64,000 nt of DNA, from NCBI RefSeq assembly GCF_022539665.2, contig NC_081331.1:13702001-13766000 (forward strand), written 5' to 3'. This document shows, one piece after another, positions 1 to 13,044 of this stretch. Position numbers and translations under genes: made by a program. Position 1 is the first letter of the stretch, and every line of letters starts with the position of its first letter. The stretch is from Daphnia carinata (Eukaryota). A model generated the notes under the pieces. The model was not told the DNA's origin, made no database searches, and worked only from the letters and a program-made list of their open reading frames with translations.

Positions 1-130
1 GTGGGATGATGATTTCATTTAGACACAGACAGGTGGAAACGCCTACGGAATATATCAACAGATACGATAAGAAAACGTGTATGAAGAAGGTCTGTTGGCA
101 GAGTTCTGAAGCCAATTTGATGACTTCAAA

Positions 131-2226
131 CTAAAAATAGTGAACAGTTGTTGAATTCCATCGGCATATGAAATGATAAATTTTCTCCATGACAAAGGTA
201 AACGTGGCTAGCCCGACACCGATGCCTAAAATGAGGAATGCTCCCATAAGATCGTTTAATTGAATTGGAACTTGTCGTGCCGAATTCTGTTGAAATTTCA
301 TTTTGGCGAAACATTTTGACGCTCGTGGCAAGCCGTTTTTTACCCAGAATGGAGGTAAACCAGTTTCCCACAATTCCATCAGACTTCTCTCGCCATGTTT
401 GCACACATTGCGATAGTATCAAGCCGATTACGCGGGCAGCCATAAAATGATTTAAAAAAACACTTTAACTTTTATTTCACAACGAACTGTATAATAAACC
501 TACGCGTAGTGAAACATTGGAGTATATCTACTGTTTTTCGGTAAAGGCATAGACCAAAATCCGGATTGAAAAGGTAAAGGATCGGTGGCTTGAAATCGGC
601 ATTTGCCCTCCTTTTTGAAGTGACTAGCGATGAAATTGAGGCTGAATGTTTTGAGCTGAAAGTACGTACACGCAATAAGTCGATGTTTACATTCTCATAA
701 AAATGCTAAGCCATCTAGAAAAGGACTCACAAATGGAAAGGCGTAATTTCCAGTTTCCAGGGTCTCGCTGATTTTTTCTACATTTCTTAATACCTGGCCA
801 CGGTTATTTTGAATATGCCCGCTTAAAATTTTCAGCACACCAGATTTGGCATCCTAGTATCAAGAAATGCGTGCGTCATCTTATCACAGCGAATATTTCG
901 AAGGCTAAATAAAAAAAAAAGAATAACAAGGCCACATACCAGTATTTGCTGGCCAATCACGTTATCCGCCAGCAAAACGAGATGGACATCCTGACTAGCG
1001 GCTAGGTCTTCTAATGTGTTTATAGGGGGTTTCATTCTGGGCACTGTCAGGTACGAAATGATGGTGCCAGAATAGCTGTTGACTAACACGGTTGCGATTA
1101 ACAGCCACATCCCAATAAGCATTTGGGATGAAAAAAAGCGTCCATCAGGAACTGAATTTCCTTTAATGGAGGAAATTAAGAAGATTAATATAGATTCATT
1201 TTTTTTAATGATACGAGTAAAACGTATAAAACCTTGATTTGTCATGGTGTTGACGATGTACATGGAATAAACGCTGATGCGTCCAAAGATGGTCGTCATT
1301 TCTTGGGATGATGCGGGAGAATCCTGACTGCTACCGTTTGAGTAGAATTGCAGATGTAGTTTCGAGAAAAGGCTCATAAGGATGACCATAGCGAGCATCG
1401 TGATAAATATGAGAAGCCACACCTATTTGGAACAAATTTTATTTAGATCAAGCAGGTCAAAGTACAGAGGCACTAACGAGAAATAAGCATGTAATAATGA
1501 CCCAGTATTGAAATGGTTTGATAAATGCGAAAAGACGAGGTTCCTCTCCTGGTTTAGGCACGATCATATTGAACGGCTCTGTCCACATGAAGTATGCTAA
1601 ATCAATCAATTTTTTTCTCTCTGGAGTTGCAATCAAACCCATAGTCGATCCATCGATTTCCTGATGGAACCCGTAAACGCAATTAATCAACGCTGATGCA
1701 TATGCAAATGATTTCCTTACCTTGTCCGCGAAGAGATTAAGGATGACAGCAGCGTCACTAACGGCCCCGTATTTTGCGTTTGTGTATTGGTTGGGTATAT
1801 AATAATACGAAATACTATACGGAAAACGAAAACAGAGGCATGCGTAATTATAATGAATTTTCGTGCGTATGCATAACTAACAAGCGAATAATGGTTTTAA
1901 CGTACGTGAAGTTCAGTTTGGCAGTGAGCCATTTGTAAAGTATTGGGCTGATTCCGTAGTTCGTGTAATTTCCGTCTTTTCTCAAAATAAGTATGTCGAA
2001 TGGGGGTAACTAATGCGGTAGCGAAAACAAATTAAAACGAGTTTACAAGGCTTTGATGGCATCGTCATTGTCACTTTTATAGTATTTAACTTACATGGCT
2101 AACTGCGAATTTCAAATGAACCTTGTTCATTAGCCCCACATTCTTTTCAAGAAAAGTCGACGAACAATCAACGGTTATGAGGGCCGTTTTGGCAGCCATC
2201 AGCAAGACCACCCAGAAACGCACCAT
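131..2226 (-). CDS. Divergent ionotropic receptor (IR, iGluR-like chemoreceptor), multi-exon
   Basis: Spliced model starts [21 protein letters not shown] (ATG 2226). It has S1 ([29 protein letters not shown]), M1 ([15 protein letters not shown]), pore (NTMTNQG), M2 ([31 protein letters not shown]), S2 and M3 ([26 protein letters not shown]). No ATD; GT-AG introns keep the frame. Confidence 0.9.
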
Positions 2227-3229
2227 TGTGGATCTTTTCGAAATGTTGGAATAGCAATGCAGTTAAGAAGCATTTAAGTGCTAAAATACCTTTTAAGGTG
2301 TCAGTTGTTTTATGATAGTCCCGCAATTTCAATAGTGTACGACACGATCTGACTAATGGGGAAACGATTGCTTCTTAAGAGTGTTCGTGTTTCTGTACGA
2401 AATTGAGCTTCAAAATGGGAATGAACGACTTGCGTGTCATATGATGCCAATCTTGCAACAGGAAGCTGCAACAAACAATTGCCTTCTTCGTCCACCTGCT
2501 AGGTAGCTTTTTATAGTGAGCTCAAAACGATTGTCGCTTTGCTGAGTGTGGGTACACCTGCTCGTCCGGAAAAACGCCGTGTCAAGGATGTGTTTGGCGT
2601 TTCTTGATCAACTATACGTATAAATTGAAACATTGTTTAGTTAGTCTGAATAATTGAACAGTGGATGACAATCGACCATTCATGGGAAAACAATTGCAGC
2701 CAGGCATTTCGTTTTCTTGTTTGGGTTCAAGAAGGTTATTCGTGAGAGTCTTTTAGAATATACTATCTATAAAGACAGTTGTTTTACTCGATATAGTCCC
2801 CTCGACTACAGAGATTATATCGTAACTTATTAAATTTTAAAAGTTTAATGGATTTAAAGATTGATTTTGTGAGTTTCCATTAGAACCTTCTCCGTATTAA
2901 TTAGTTCGGAGTTCTTGTCCACATACGGGGGGGATGGTAGTTCTCACTATGTTCATAACTCATATTGAGACAATTCTGATAATCCCAACTTGATGGTCTT
3001 CTATAATTCATGAAACAATTGCAGCTTCTATATAGGTCGCTTTTCCAATTGTGGTTCTGTACAGAACCTATATCGAAATGGTTTTAGCACAACACATTTG
3101 AATTCAATTTACTCAAAAACTCCAAGTCTCACATAAAATTAAAATCGTTTTTCGTGATCCCCGTTAATTCTGAGTTTAAATCACGCATAGTTTTTTATAT
3201 TTAGATGTTATTCAAAAATAAAACAATGG

Positions 3230-3339
3230 AAAATTTAAGCCCGATTTTTTAAGCCCGAAAAAACAAGCCCGACTTTTTAAAGTCGGGCTTATTTTTCAAG
3301 CCTGACTTTTTCATGAAAAAAAATTGGGCTTAAAATTTT
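3230..3339. repeat. Short inverted-repeat (MITE-like) element built of AAGCCCGA units
   Basis: aaaatttaagcccgattttttt ... aaaaaaaattgggcttaaaatttt ends, internal aagcccgacttt/aaagtcgggctt hairpin, several AAGCCYGA copies. Confidence 0.55.
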
Positions 3340-3728
3340 GATCTCAATCTAACTTATTGTATCCTTATTTGAAAGTTGATTCCGGATAAAATATTAGTTT
3401 CCTCTTAAAGTATGTAGGTTATAAAATAAAACAGAATCAAAATCACCGCGTTCATCCGTACTTGTGAAGTTCTAAATCTTTTGATCCATGTAATATTAAT
3501 GCAGGCTGAGATACGATAACAAATAGACAATCGATAAATTCGCGGATGTTACGGATTTATCCTCATCCATCCGGAAAACAGCAAGGAAGAAACGGTGAGA
3601 TCTTAGAAGCGCTGACTGAGCTAGGAAAGAAGAGGCTTTAGTGTATTTTATTTTTCCCAGCAGACGATTCCGATAAAGTTTTGAAAATCAAAAATCGTGC
3701 ATGTGACAAGTGTGTTACAACTGTGATA

Positions 3729-5435
3729 ATGGCAAACTTACGTGTACGACTTGAATTTCCTGATGGTGAAAAATATTGGCTTTTTATTGATTTATCTAAA
3801 ATCGAGACAATTCAAGATGTCATTGACGACATTGATCGTAAATACTCTGTAGTCTGTGAAAAACTTTTGTTGGACGATGCACAGTTGTATTGCAAAGAAA
3901 GTGTGGGCATTCTGCAAGACAGGGACTTGATCAGGTAATATTTCTGAATAAAAAACGTACATGACGCACTCTTAAACCTTTTATTGCAGGGTAAACTTGA
4001 GAACGTCAAAAAAGCGGAAAAAAGAAACAGAAGACAATCAAAAAGTTAACAGTCTGGAACCAGTAGAAGTAGAAGGTTCTAAGGCAGAAGAGGTTAAAAA
4101 GTCTTCTCCACTTTCAAAGCCCAAAAAGAAAAAGAAATGCAAAGAGGATAAGGTTGTTGAAAATGAATCTTTTCGCAATGACACATTTACAATAATATCT
4201 GTCAGCGAAGCACCAGTGATAGAGAAACAGAAAAAGGTGAAGCATTCTGCTAGGGAAGTTGAAACAGAAAACATAGTAGTAGAAAAACAAAGTTGGGTAA
4301 AGGTTCCTGAAGCAGAGCCTGAAATGGAAGTAACAATAATTGAAAACACAGCAGAATTAAGTACAACGGATAAAGAACCTTCGGCGGAAGGTGTTGCCAA
4401 ACGCAAACGACGAAGAAAAAGGAAAAGCCATCATAAAGTTGGAGCAGTAGATAGCAGTCTCACTCAAACTGTTGAAGCCCAACAATATTATTTACCACCT
4501 GCACCCAAGGAGCGGCAACATCTGCGTTTCGATGAGGACTCTGAGGATGACGCTGAGCCTGAAACTGGTAGGGCAGACATAGTGACAACTGAATTTGGTA
4601 AACATGTGAAAAACGAATCCAACGGGCTTGATAGGACCGGTCGTCCGCCTCTTGAAGATGCTAAAGCGAAAGGCATTAAAAATTTCTCAAAAGCTGGAGT
4701 ATACCAGAGCCCGTCCGCTACAAGCAGTCCTATCGTGCCTCAATTGGGCGCTTTACTTTCGCTTCGATCAGCTGTTTTTTCTAGAAATTCTAATGAAAAA
4801 TCAGCTCCGCCTAGTTACAACAATGTCCCACCACCGCAAAGTCTAACATCCGAAGAAGCCGTTCCATCATCCCCTCGAGTATCAGCTCCTTTGCTAGTGA
4901 AGGAGCCTCCAAAACTTGATCCTACCGCATTTCCAATAATCAAAGGACTTCCAAGAGTCAACGATCTTATCGCTTTCAAAGTAAGTTGTGTTAAATAAGT
5001 TCTTTTCCGTTTACGTTACGTTACTCAATTTAAATTCTTTATGTGCAGGTATTAGAATTGTCGGAAAATTATAATCCCGAAATTTCCGAGTATATGCAGG
5101 GCCGAATAACGCACATGTCCGCTGATTCCGATATCACAGTGCAGCTTCTTGGTATGTCTTTGTCTGTGTTATGTGTTAAGCTAGATTGGTTATAGGAACT
5201 CAATGAATTTACAGATCCCAAGCCCAAACGAAACACCAGAGGCAAATTCGAGCTGATTGAACTAGATGAAGAAGAATTCGAAGAGGAACCTGAAATCGAG
5301 TACGAATCCACCGTGACTTACCAATGGTAACATTCTGAAAATTAGATGGCATTGTTTTATGTATTACTAACTACAAATATGTCTATTTCGAATTGTAGGA
5401 ACCAGATGATCGAACCTCGTTTAATTTTCCCCTAG
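3729..5435 (+). CDS. COIL: Coilin (Cajal body scaffold protein)
   Basis: N-terminal MANLRVRLEFP..WLFIDLSKIETIQDVIDDI..LDDAQLYCKESVGILQDRDLIR; Lys-rich/NLS middle; C-terminal Tudor-like [49 protein letters not shown]. Confidence 0.9.
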
Positions 5436-6955
5436 CTAAACATGACATAGTCAACATTTTCAATCAGATTGAGTGAATGCAGATTTTTTTCGAATTCTCC
5501 TTTCGTTAAGTCCTGATGAAAGAAAATAAAACTGATGAATTATACCTTCTTAGATTAAGGAATTAAAATTAAAATGGTTTTGGGCTCGTACCAACTTAAC
5601 GCAAACCACGAAAGGTGGTTTGGCAGTGGTGAAATGAACAATTGGTACTCTTGGTTTCGGGCGTAAATTGGAATCCTCGTAAATGTAATTGCCTTGCTTA
5701 ATTTTTTTCACGTCAACGTCACAGAAACTAGTAACTCGTGATCGGTATTCCTCAAGTAGACAGCGGTATAATCGACGTCCTTGTTTCCCGGCATTCCAAA
5801 TAGTAAAGTTATCCCATTTTTCCAAAAAGCATTTTACTAGTCGCTTCAAACGCAGGTCCCAGATAGCTTTTCTGTCGAATACATTTTGCAAAGATTAACG
5901 AAAAGATCAATGGTATACTGAATGTAAAACGGACTCATCAATCGAGAAGGTTGTTTGTAACGGATGATAGCGGTAGACAAGTAGCACTTCATCGACTCTG
6001 AATATCTTGCCGTTCAAATCCAAATGACGGTAAAAGAAGATTAAATCTTCCGGTGTTCCCTTGCCTTTCTCGTCGAATCCACCAACTCTGTTCACGTAAT
6101 GAAACCGATTTATATGTTTTGCATCACATAGCTTTAGATCATAATACCTGTTAAATAAGTTCCTGGAACAAAACCATGTAGGCATGATGACAGTTGGTCC
6201 ATGAGATGTGAGTACTTGTTGATTAAGTTGCTCTGGAGTGAGGCTATTAGCCCAGTAAGTGTATCTTAAAGTAGAATCAGGTGGATCTCGTTCAAATTTA
6301 CTACCTATTATCTGATAACCTTTTTAAATAAAGTTTAGTTGAATAAGAATTTCACTCACTGCATCAGGATGTTGCAAGCTGGCATTATACTGTAGAGTCA
6401 ACCTTTCTGGTTTCATTTCATCATCCTACATGCATCATAAGATTTAATCATCAATGAAAATAGGAAGACACCACACAAGTTTTTCCCTATATTGGCTAGA
6501 GTTCCTTACACTATCTTGGAAACAAAGGTATTTTCCTGAGCTTTGCTGGACACTTTGATTTTTGGCAAAGCCAACTAGAAAGATTTTCACAGTTAAAATG
6601 AATTTACGATAATGACTAATTTTGTAAAAATACCTCCTTTAGGTGGTCCACTATGACCACTAATTAAAACTTTGAAGCCCTCTGCTTCTAGAACTGGTTT
6701 CCATTTTTCTATTACATATAAGCTGTCATCTGTGGACCCATCATTGTAAACACTGAGCTCAACCTTAAGTTTGTTCTTGATCTGACATGCGATCGAACGT
6801 AAACAATCTGGAAGCCAACTGCTTGCGTTGTACACTGGGATAATGATCGCCTATGGAAAGGAAAAAAAACATTTTGGTATGATTAACTTGTATGGTAACA
6901 ATTATTTATTGCTACTCACAATATCATACTTAACGTCATCATCAATCGATTCCAT
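5432..6955 (-). CDS. B3GNTL1: GT2 glycosyltransferase B3GNTL1 (queuosine-tRNA galactosyltransferase, QTGAL)
   Basis: [105 protein letters not shown]. Confidence 0.92.
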
Positions 6956-7085
6956 CTAAATTTTATTTTGTCTTCCAACATACACGATTGATTTTGTAAT
7001 TGTTTCGGACCAGCTGTCGTTCGCTCCGCACAGTTCTGTATCATGTGCGGAATTTGGACAACAACAAAAGGGATGAAGTTTGTCT

Positions 7086-7625
7086 AAAATTTAAAATTAT
7101 TGTCCTTGATTAGTCCTGCAATCAAATACCATTGATTCAGGGTGGAGTAGGACATTTATTCTATCTCACCATGTTACAAGATGCACCGAATAGAAGGTAC
7201 CTCCTACGATAAGTGAGAATTTAAGTGTGGTTGCGACTCGAACCCACAACCTAACGCATCACAGCCGCGTGCGATAACCACACTACGACAAACGATTATT
7301 GTTTTAGGGTTTCAAAATCACGTAATCTGGGGTATGTCGGTTGTTACTTCTCAGAGGTTTTTAAAAGGCGTTTACCAATTTAAATTTTGTGAAATTTTAG
7401 GGGCGCTGTCCTTTGCAAAAATTTAAATTGTTGTCCTTATTATAGTCCCGTAAACACATATTGTGGATCCAGGGTGGAGCTAGACGCATTTTCTATCTCA
7501 TGATGTCTGAAGTCTCACCGAATGGAAGGTACTTCCTACGACTATGAGAATTTGTTCTGATCGCGATTCGAACGTATACCCTTACGTATTACATTCCTGT
7601 GCGATAGCAGTTGGGATACTACCAC
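7086..7625 (-). repeat. Two diverged tandem units (~330 bp period), each with a tRNA-like head (SINE-like or tRNA pseudogene)
   Basis: 7086-7222 resembles 7417-7552 (ttgtcctt..cagggtggag..ttctatctca..accgaat.gaaggtac.tcctacga..tgagaattt). On the minus strand, 7224-7295 has A-box-like TAGTGTGGTTA and B-box GGTTCGAGTC; copy 2 is more decayed. Confidence 0.6.
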
Positions 7626-8211
7626 CTACATTATATTTGCAGTGCACTTGCAATGGTTACAAGCAAAAGTACAAGCAAATTGGAATGAAATATCTCCTAA
7701 AACCTTGTTCGAGGCCCACTAAACATATACGTAAGCCATGGACATTGGGTTTTCTTCGCCAACGGACGTTATTCGCTGAGATGTATTATTTCAGAAGGTA
7801 AGTTAGAAAATAATTGTTCTGCTTACAGTTTCACCATTTCGGAGCAAACACGTGTAGAAGAACTAGTCCCACTTCTTTCTATTACTCTATTCAAGATTTT
7901 CTTTCCGCATTTCCCACATCTAAAAATAAATAATAATAACTAAGACCCTCTACTTATTTTTTAAAAATCCATCATCTGGATTTCGATGTCTATAGTTGTA
8001 ATTTCGAGGGACTTCTGTTATCAGGACAATAGTCCTACTAATTCGGTCATGCGGTACGCGTCCTTTAGTACTGGAACACTATTGTTAACGATCGCACAGC
8101 GAACAAGTTTTTTTAATGGTTAATTTAAAAGCAACCGGGATTCTACAGCGGCTGGAATAAGATTTACGAACAATCAGATAATTGACGAGGGAAGGAGGGG
8201 CTTGTAGCGCT

Positions 8212-8250
8212 ATTATATAAAGTGAATTTTGCATGCCCCAAGAGTTCAGT
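8212..8250 (+). promoter_or_regulatory. TATA box plus arthropod initiator of the first QN-cassette gene
   Basis: TATATAAA at ~8214-8221 and TCAGT ~30 nt downstream, ~60 nt before ATG 8311. Confidence 0.55.
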
Positions 8251-8310
8251 CACTCTGGAACAAAGTTTGTGTTAACGTCCCTGCTCTCACCCTATGATGA
8301 GACTAGAGAC

Positions 8311-10429
8311 ATGAAATCATATTCATTGATGTTGCTGTTCATGATTGCGTGCTGTTCGCTTGCATCTAGCGAAGACACAGTTTCATTCACGGACCTTCAC
8401 GATAACACATTTTGGCTTAATCCATTTGACAGGCCCCCAAATGCTTCAGCGTTTCGTAAACTAGAATCTCAGGAAGACGGTCTGGCATTCTACCACCCTG
8501 ACGATTTGAAATTGTTGCATTCTCGTTGGAATAAGAATCAAAACATCATTCCCGAATTGCAAACTTCTAAAGGTCGTCCAATCACGAAATTCGTCGAAGA
8601 GCTATTTCCTGGTTTCAAGTTCACTACACCTCGATCTACGAAGAAACCTAACCAACCACTTGTTGCAAGTAAGAACAAAAGGAGTGGATCGAGGAAGACG
8701 ATCGGTAAGTTCTGTAAAAGCTATACGGTATCGTTCAATATCGATGTTTACCTTCGCCACCTTTTCTTTATCAAATAGAAGGCAATGGTTCAAAGGAAAA
8801 AACTCAATCTTCGAAACCTTTTTGGGGTCCTTCAATCATAATTCCATCTGTTCGGCCATGGTTTTACACGACCCAAGCAACAAGGAAGCCTCCGTTCCAA
8901 TCAAATTTGCCCAGCATAGATATCAGCAGGGAACTTACTACATCTGGTAATGAATGGTGCACGTGTCATTAATTCTTTTTAAACTATTGGCGAAATAACC
9001 AAACCGAGGAAATTGCTTCCGAAATTTTCAGATTATGACGCACACGCCATAGACGGACCTACACGGAAATCGGGTAAGCGTGTTAAAAACGGCCATAAAA
9101 CTATGAGGCATTGGGTATAATTGTTAATTTTTTTTCAAATTGGCATTGAACAACTGATGAATTAAACAGAAATCAGTATCCCATTGGAAACACGAGAGCC
9201 TTCTGTTCCTTTCTGGGGTATTCCTATTGAGACTTCGTCTACACGGCCATTGCTCCCTTACTCAAAGATAACGACGGCTGCTATTCCTTCACACATGGAG
9301 GAAGAATTTCTTTTCCATTTGTCCAATGAAACTGTGAATGGCGACGCCTTCTCAGGTAACATGAATAAACGTTTTGCTGTTCACGGTATCGCAGATTTTA
9401 CGGCCGCTCATCAACACCCACGATCATATTGTCCTTTAGGCCCGATTGCTTTGGCACTTCAACAGCCGTACGACCTGCCATACAACCCACCGATTGCAAC
9501 GGAACGTTTCCGAGATCCGATTCATTTGAAACCTGGCCCACCATATCAGGACAAACAAGAGGAAAATGATTTTATCGAGCAAAACGCCTGGCAAGCCACT
9601 GCTGCAGTTACGGAACCAACGATAGTCGGCAACCCGATAGCCACGGAACCGCGTTCGCCGCAGCAACAGCTAGAACCAGACTTGTCAATTCATCAACAGC
9701 TCTACCCTGGCTTTGCTCTCAACTCAGATGTTGGCTTCCTTCCTAAGGAAATTGACAGTAAGATTGTTTAAACATATGACGTTTATGTTTCATTTTGTTG
9801 AGTGTGCACTTGTTTTGATTCAAGCCACAGCTTCGGGCTCTTACCCATCGTCCTATCCGCATGCTATCAAGCCGAAACCTCACATCATCTACCATCACCA
9901 ACCAGCTCCGCAGCACAACAACTATTATCATCCTCCTTCTAGATTAACTCACATTGATTTCAGTCCGATTTTCTTAGCCATCGTTCCGATCGCTTTATTC
10001 TTGGGAGCAGCAGCAGCATTTGCTTTAGCGTCGGCAGTGTCATCTAGCTCGGCTGTAGCGACAGCTCAACAACAGCAACAACAGCAAGAAGAAAGCAGCA
10101 ATAACAATAACAACGATAACAACAACAATAATAACAACATTAACACCATTCTCGCTTTGCTGGCGGCTTTCCACGAAGTGAAAAAGAATCACGATGACCA
10201 TCAAAAAATCGTCATCGTCACTACCACCACCCCAGCAGCAGACATTGTGGATGTTGCTAAAGAAGCCCCGGTAACGACGGACCTGCCTCTTCCGCAACCA
10301 TCACCAACAGGGCCGTTCTTCATCAAACTATCGCCATCGAGAACCGAGTCTCCGCCTGCACCGTTACAATCATACGGACATTACGAACGCAAGAAAGTTA
10401 CCTATCACCATATGAATGGGATCACGTAA
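8311..10429 (+). CDS. Uncharacterised signal-peptide/TM protein with polyQ-polyN cassette (paralogue 1)
   Basis: Signal peptide MKSYSLMLLFMIACCSLASS; phase-1 introns; two PFWG exons; last exon HIDFSPIFLAIVPIALFLGAAAAFALA-SSS-Q7-EESS-N-rich-ILALLAAF. Confidence 0.8.
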
Positions 10430-11215
10430 TTGACGCATTTTTTAAAACATGATTCGACGTATTTATGAAACGACCTTTCTTTATTTACGACTTTTAACCC
10501 TTTAATCAACATACGATAACCTAGAAGGCCACCTGCCAAATGTAGAAGCGTAATCGTTAATCTGTTGATGAGCTTGTAATCAACAGTTCGTTGATGTGCT
10601 TTTGGGGTGATAGTCTGCAGAAAGAACTGTACGGAATGCTTCCGGCTAAACCACAACGTTTTAGTTTTCGATATTTATTACCTACACGTGTATCTACTTG
10701 TTTCCACCGCAGCCAAAGTCTTGTGACTTCGCATTGGTTCGGCTCAGCCATGTATTCAATGATCTCCGCGTGCTTTTTACACGCGCTCATTGGAGCAGGC
10801 TATGACTTTCTTTTTTATCGTTATAGATTATCCGTCCCGTTATCCCAGGTTAGCCTAAAAATAACCTTGCTTGAATTTCATTTTATTTTATGCGTTTTTA
10901 AAAGGAAGGCTTTTTCAAATACATTTCCGCATAACCTGATCACTGTGGTATGTGTTTTTCTAGCTACTTTTAGGGCACCAATGACACACAGTGTCTCATA
11001 GAATGTCACTTGAGGAGCGGGACTTTGATGTGGCGGCCAAATATTTACAGAAAAATGCAATACCTGAGAAGGAGGAGCTTGTCCCGCTAGGCTAAACACG
11101 ATGGGCTATTCGCATATGGTACGTGAAGTCAGTCACTCAGTCACTCCGAGGAAGTCGGTCTAGCAACAAGTGTTTCTATTTTCTGAAAATTGAAACTGAT
11201 AATGAGACCGAGAAT

Positions 11216-13044
11216 ATGGAATCCTATTCACTAATTTTCCTGTCGATGTTAGTGTACTGTTCGCTCATTCTGAATCATCAGGTAATTTCAGTGTCAGCCC
11301 GCCGGAATGACAAGCTGTGGTCGAAACCTTTCGACCTCTTCTCGAGTGCGACGAAATTCCGCAAGCCGGAAATCGAACCGAAAAAAGACTTTGCCTTAAT
11401 GGCATTTCATCCTGACGATTTGAAAAATATCGAACAGCCAGTTAGACCTCAGCAATACTGGGAAGATCGGAGCTCAGAGCCCAACCGATTCCAACCTCCG
11501 AAGTTCTTCGACAAGCCTTTTCTTGGTGTCAAACTCACGACGCCAAGAACGAATCCCTCAACGAAAAAAATTAACAAATCACCTGACACGTCAAATGAAA
11601 TTCACGTTCAGATTGATGACGTGGCTGATTTGACCAACATTTTAGGAAATTCGCAACATTACGAGAACATTGTCCTTTCCATCGACCAGTCGGATTCAAA
11701 ATCAGGTAAAGTCCGTAACGAGATGTTTCTTGCTTTCCCGATACAATGCGAAATCATTAAAAGGTAACGCCCCCGAGAAAGACGAATCTCCGAAACCTTT
11801 TTGGGGTCCTCCTATTGGAACCCCACCTACACCCAGGCCAGCACATTACCACAAAGCAACGTCGGTTTCCATCGAAAAGAAAGAAGAAATTCCTGTCCGT
11901 CTACCTAATAACGCCGTCAACACACGTCAAAGTATCACGCCAGGTAATTTCGGAAACATTTTTCTTGCACCAACAGAACTTCCTGTTCTGACTTTTTTAA
12001 TTGCTGAAGACCAAAAGAATTTTCATCAATCACTATTTAATTCAGATCAACGTTTTTTTTTCAGAATATAGACCTCAGTCTTATCATCAGCCCAACAGCC
12101 GGCTTACGACACCTGAACGGCTCCAGGAGAACCTTGTCCACATGCAATCCGGGCCACCGTATTACGAGAAAGTGCGAGAAAATGATCCGTTCGATCAAAG
12201 TTTCTGGCATCGAGTTCCAGTCACGGAACCGACAGTCTTCCCTAATCCGATTTCTCCGCAATCGTATTTTCACCAAAAACAGTTGGAAGATGAAATTGCA
12301 AACACCAAGGCACAGCTTTACTCCGGCGGAGCCCCGAATCCCATCATTATTCACAAGGAAATCGATTGTAAGAGAACATTCTAATTTTCATTATAACAAT
12401 ATGAATTCTAATACATTTTTTTTTCAGCTGTGGCATTGCCCTCGTATCCATCGCCCTATTACCCGCCTTCACCCCCAGAACATCACGTTGTGTATCACCA
12501 TCCCGCTCCTGCACAACATACTTACCATCACGCACCGTCTGGGTTTGCTCAAGTGGATTTCAGCCCGATTTTTTTGGCCATCGTCCCGATCGCATTGTTC
12601 TTGGGTGCAGCCGCGGCTTTTGCTTTAGCGACGGCCACCACTTCCAGCTCTGCAGCTGCGGTTGCCCAGCAACAGCAACAGCAAGAAGAGAGCAGCAACA
12701 GCAATAACGCGGCTAACAACAACAACGCCAATAACAACAACGCTCTTCTGGCTGCTTTGTTTGCTGCTTTACAGAGCAAACACGATGATCATAAAGACAA
12801 GCATAAGATTATCATCATTACTACTACGACGGAAGCCACCACTACCATGCCACCACCAACAATGCGATCGCTAGACCCTGTGAAGTTACCTTTAAAAATT
12901 CAGACTCCGACATTACCGCCGGATAAACCTCTTTCGGAAGAAGATGATACTGGCGAAGGATTTGATCAGCCTGGTGGTGGAACTGTTATCGAACCTCTGC
13001 TTCTCGAAGAGGAAGAGCCAGAAATATTGACATATGACTTATGA
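11216..13044 (+). CDS. QN-cassette TM protein (paralogue 2)
   Basis: MESYSLIFLSMLVYCSL signal peptide; shares FHPDDLK, KLTTPR, KPFWGP, GPPY, VTEPT and KEID with paralogue 1; DFSPIFLAIVPIALFLGAAAAFALA-Q6-N-rich-LLAALFAAL. Confidence 0.8.
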
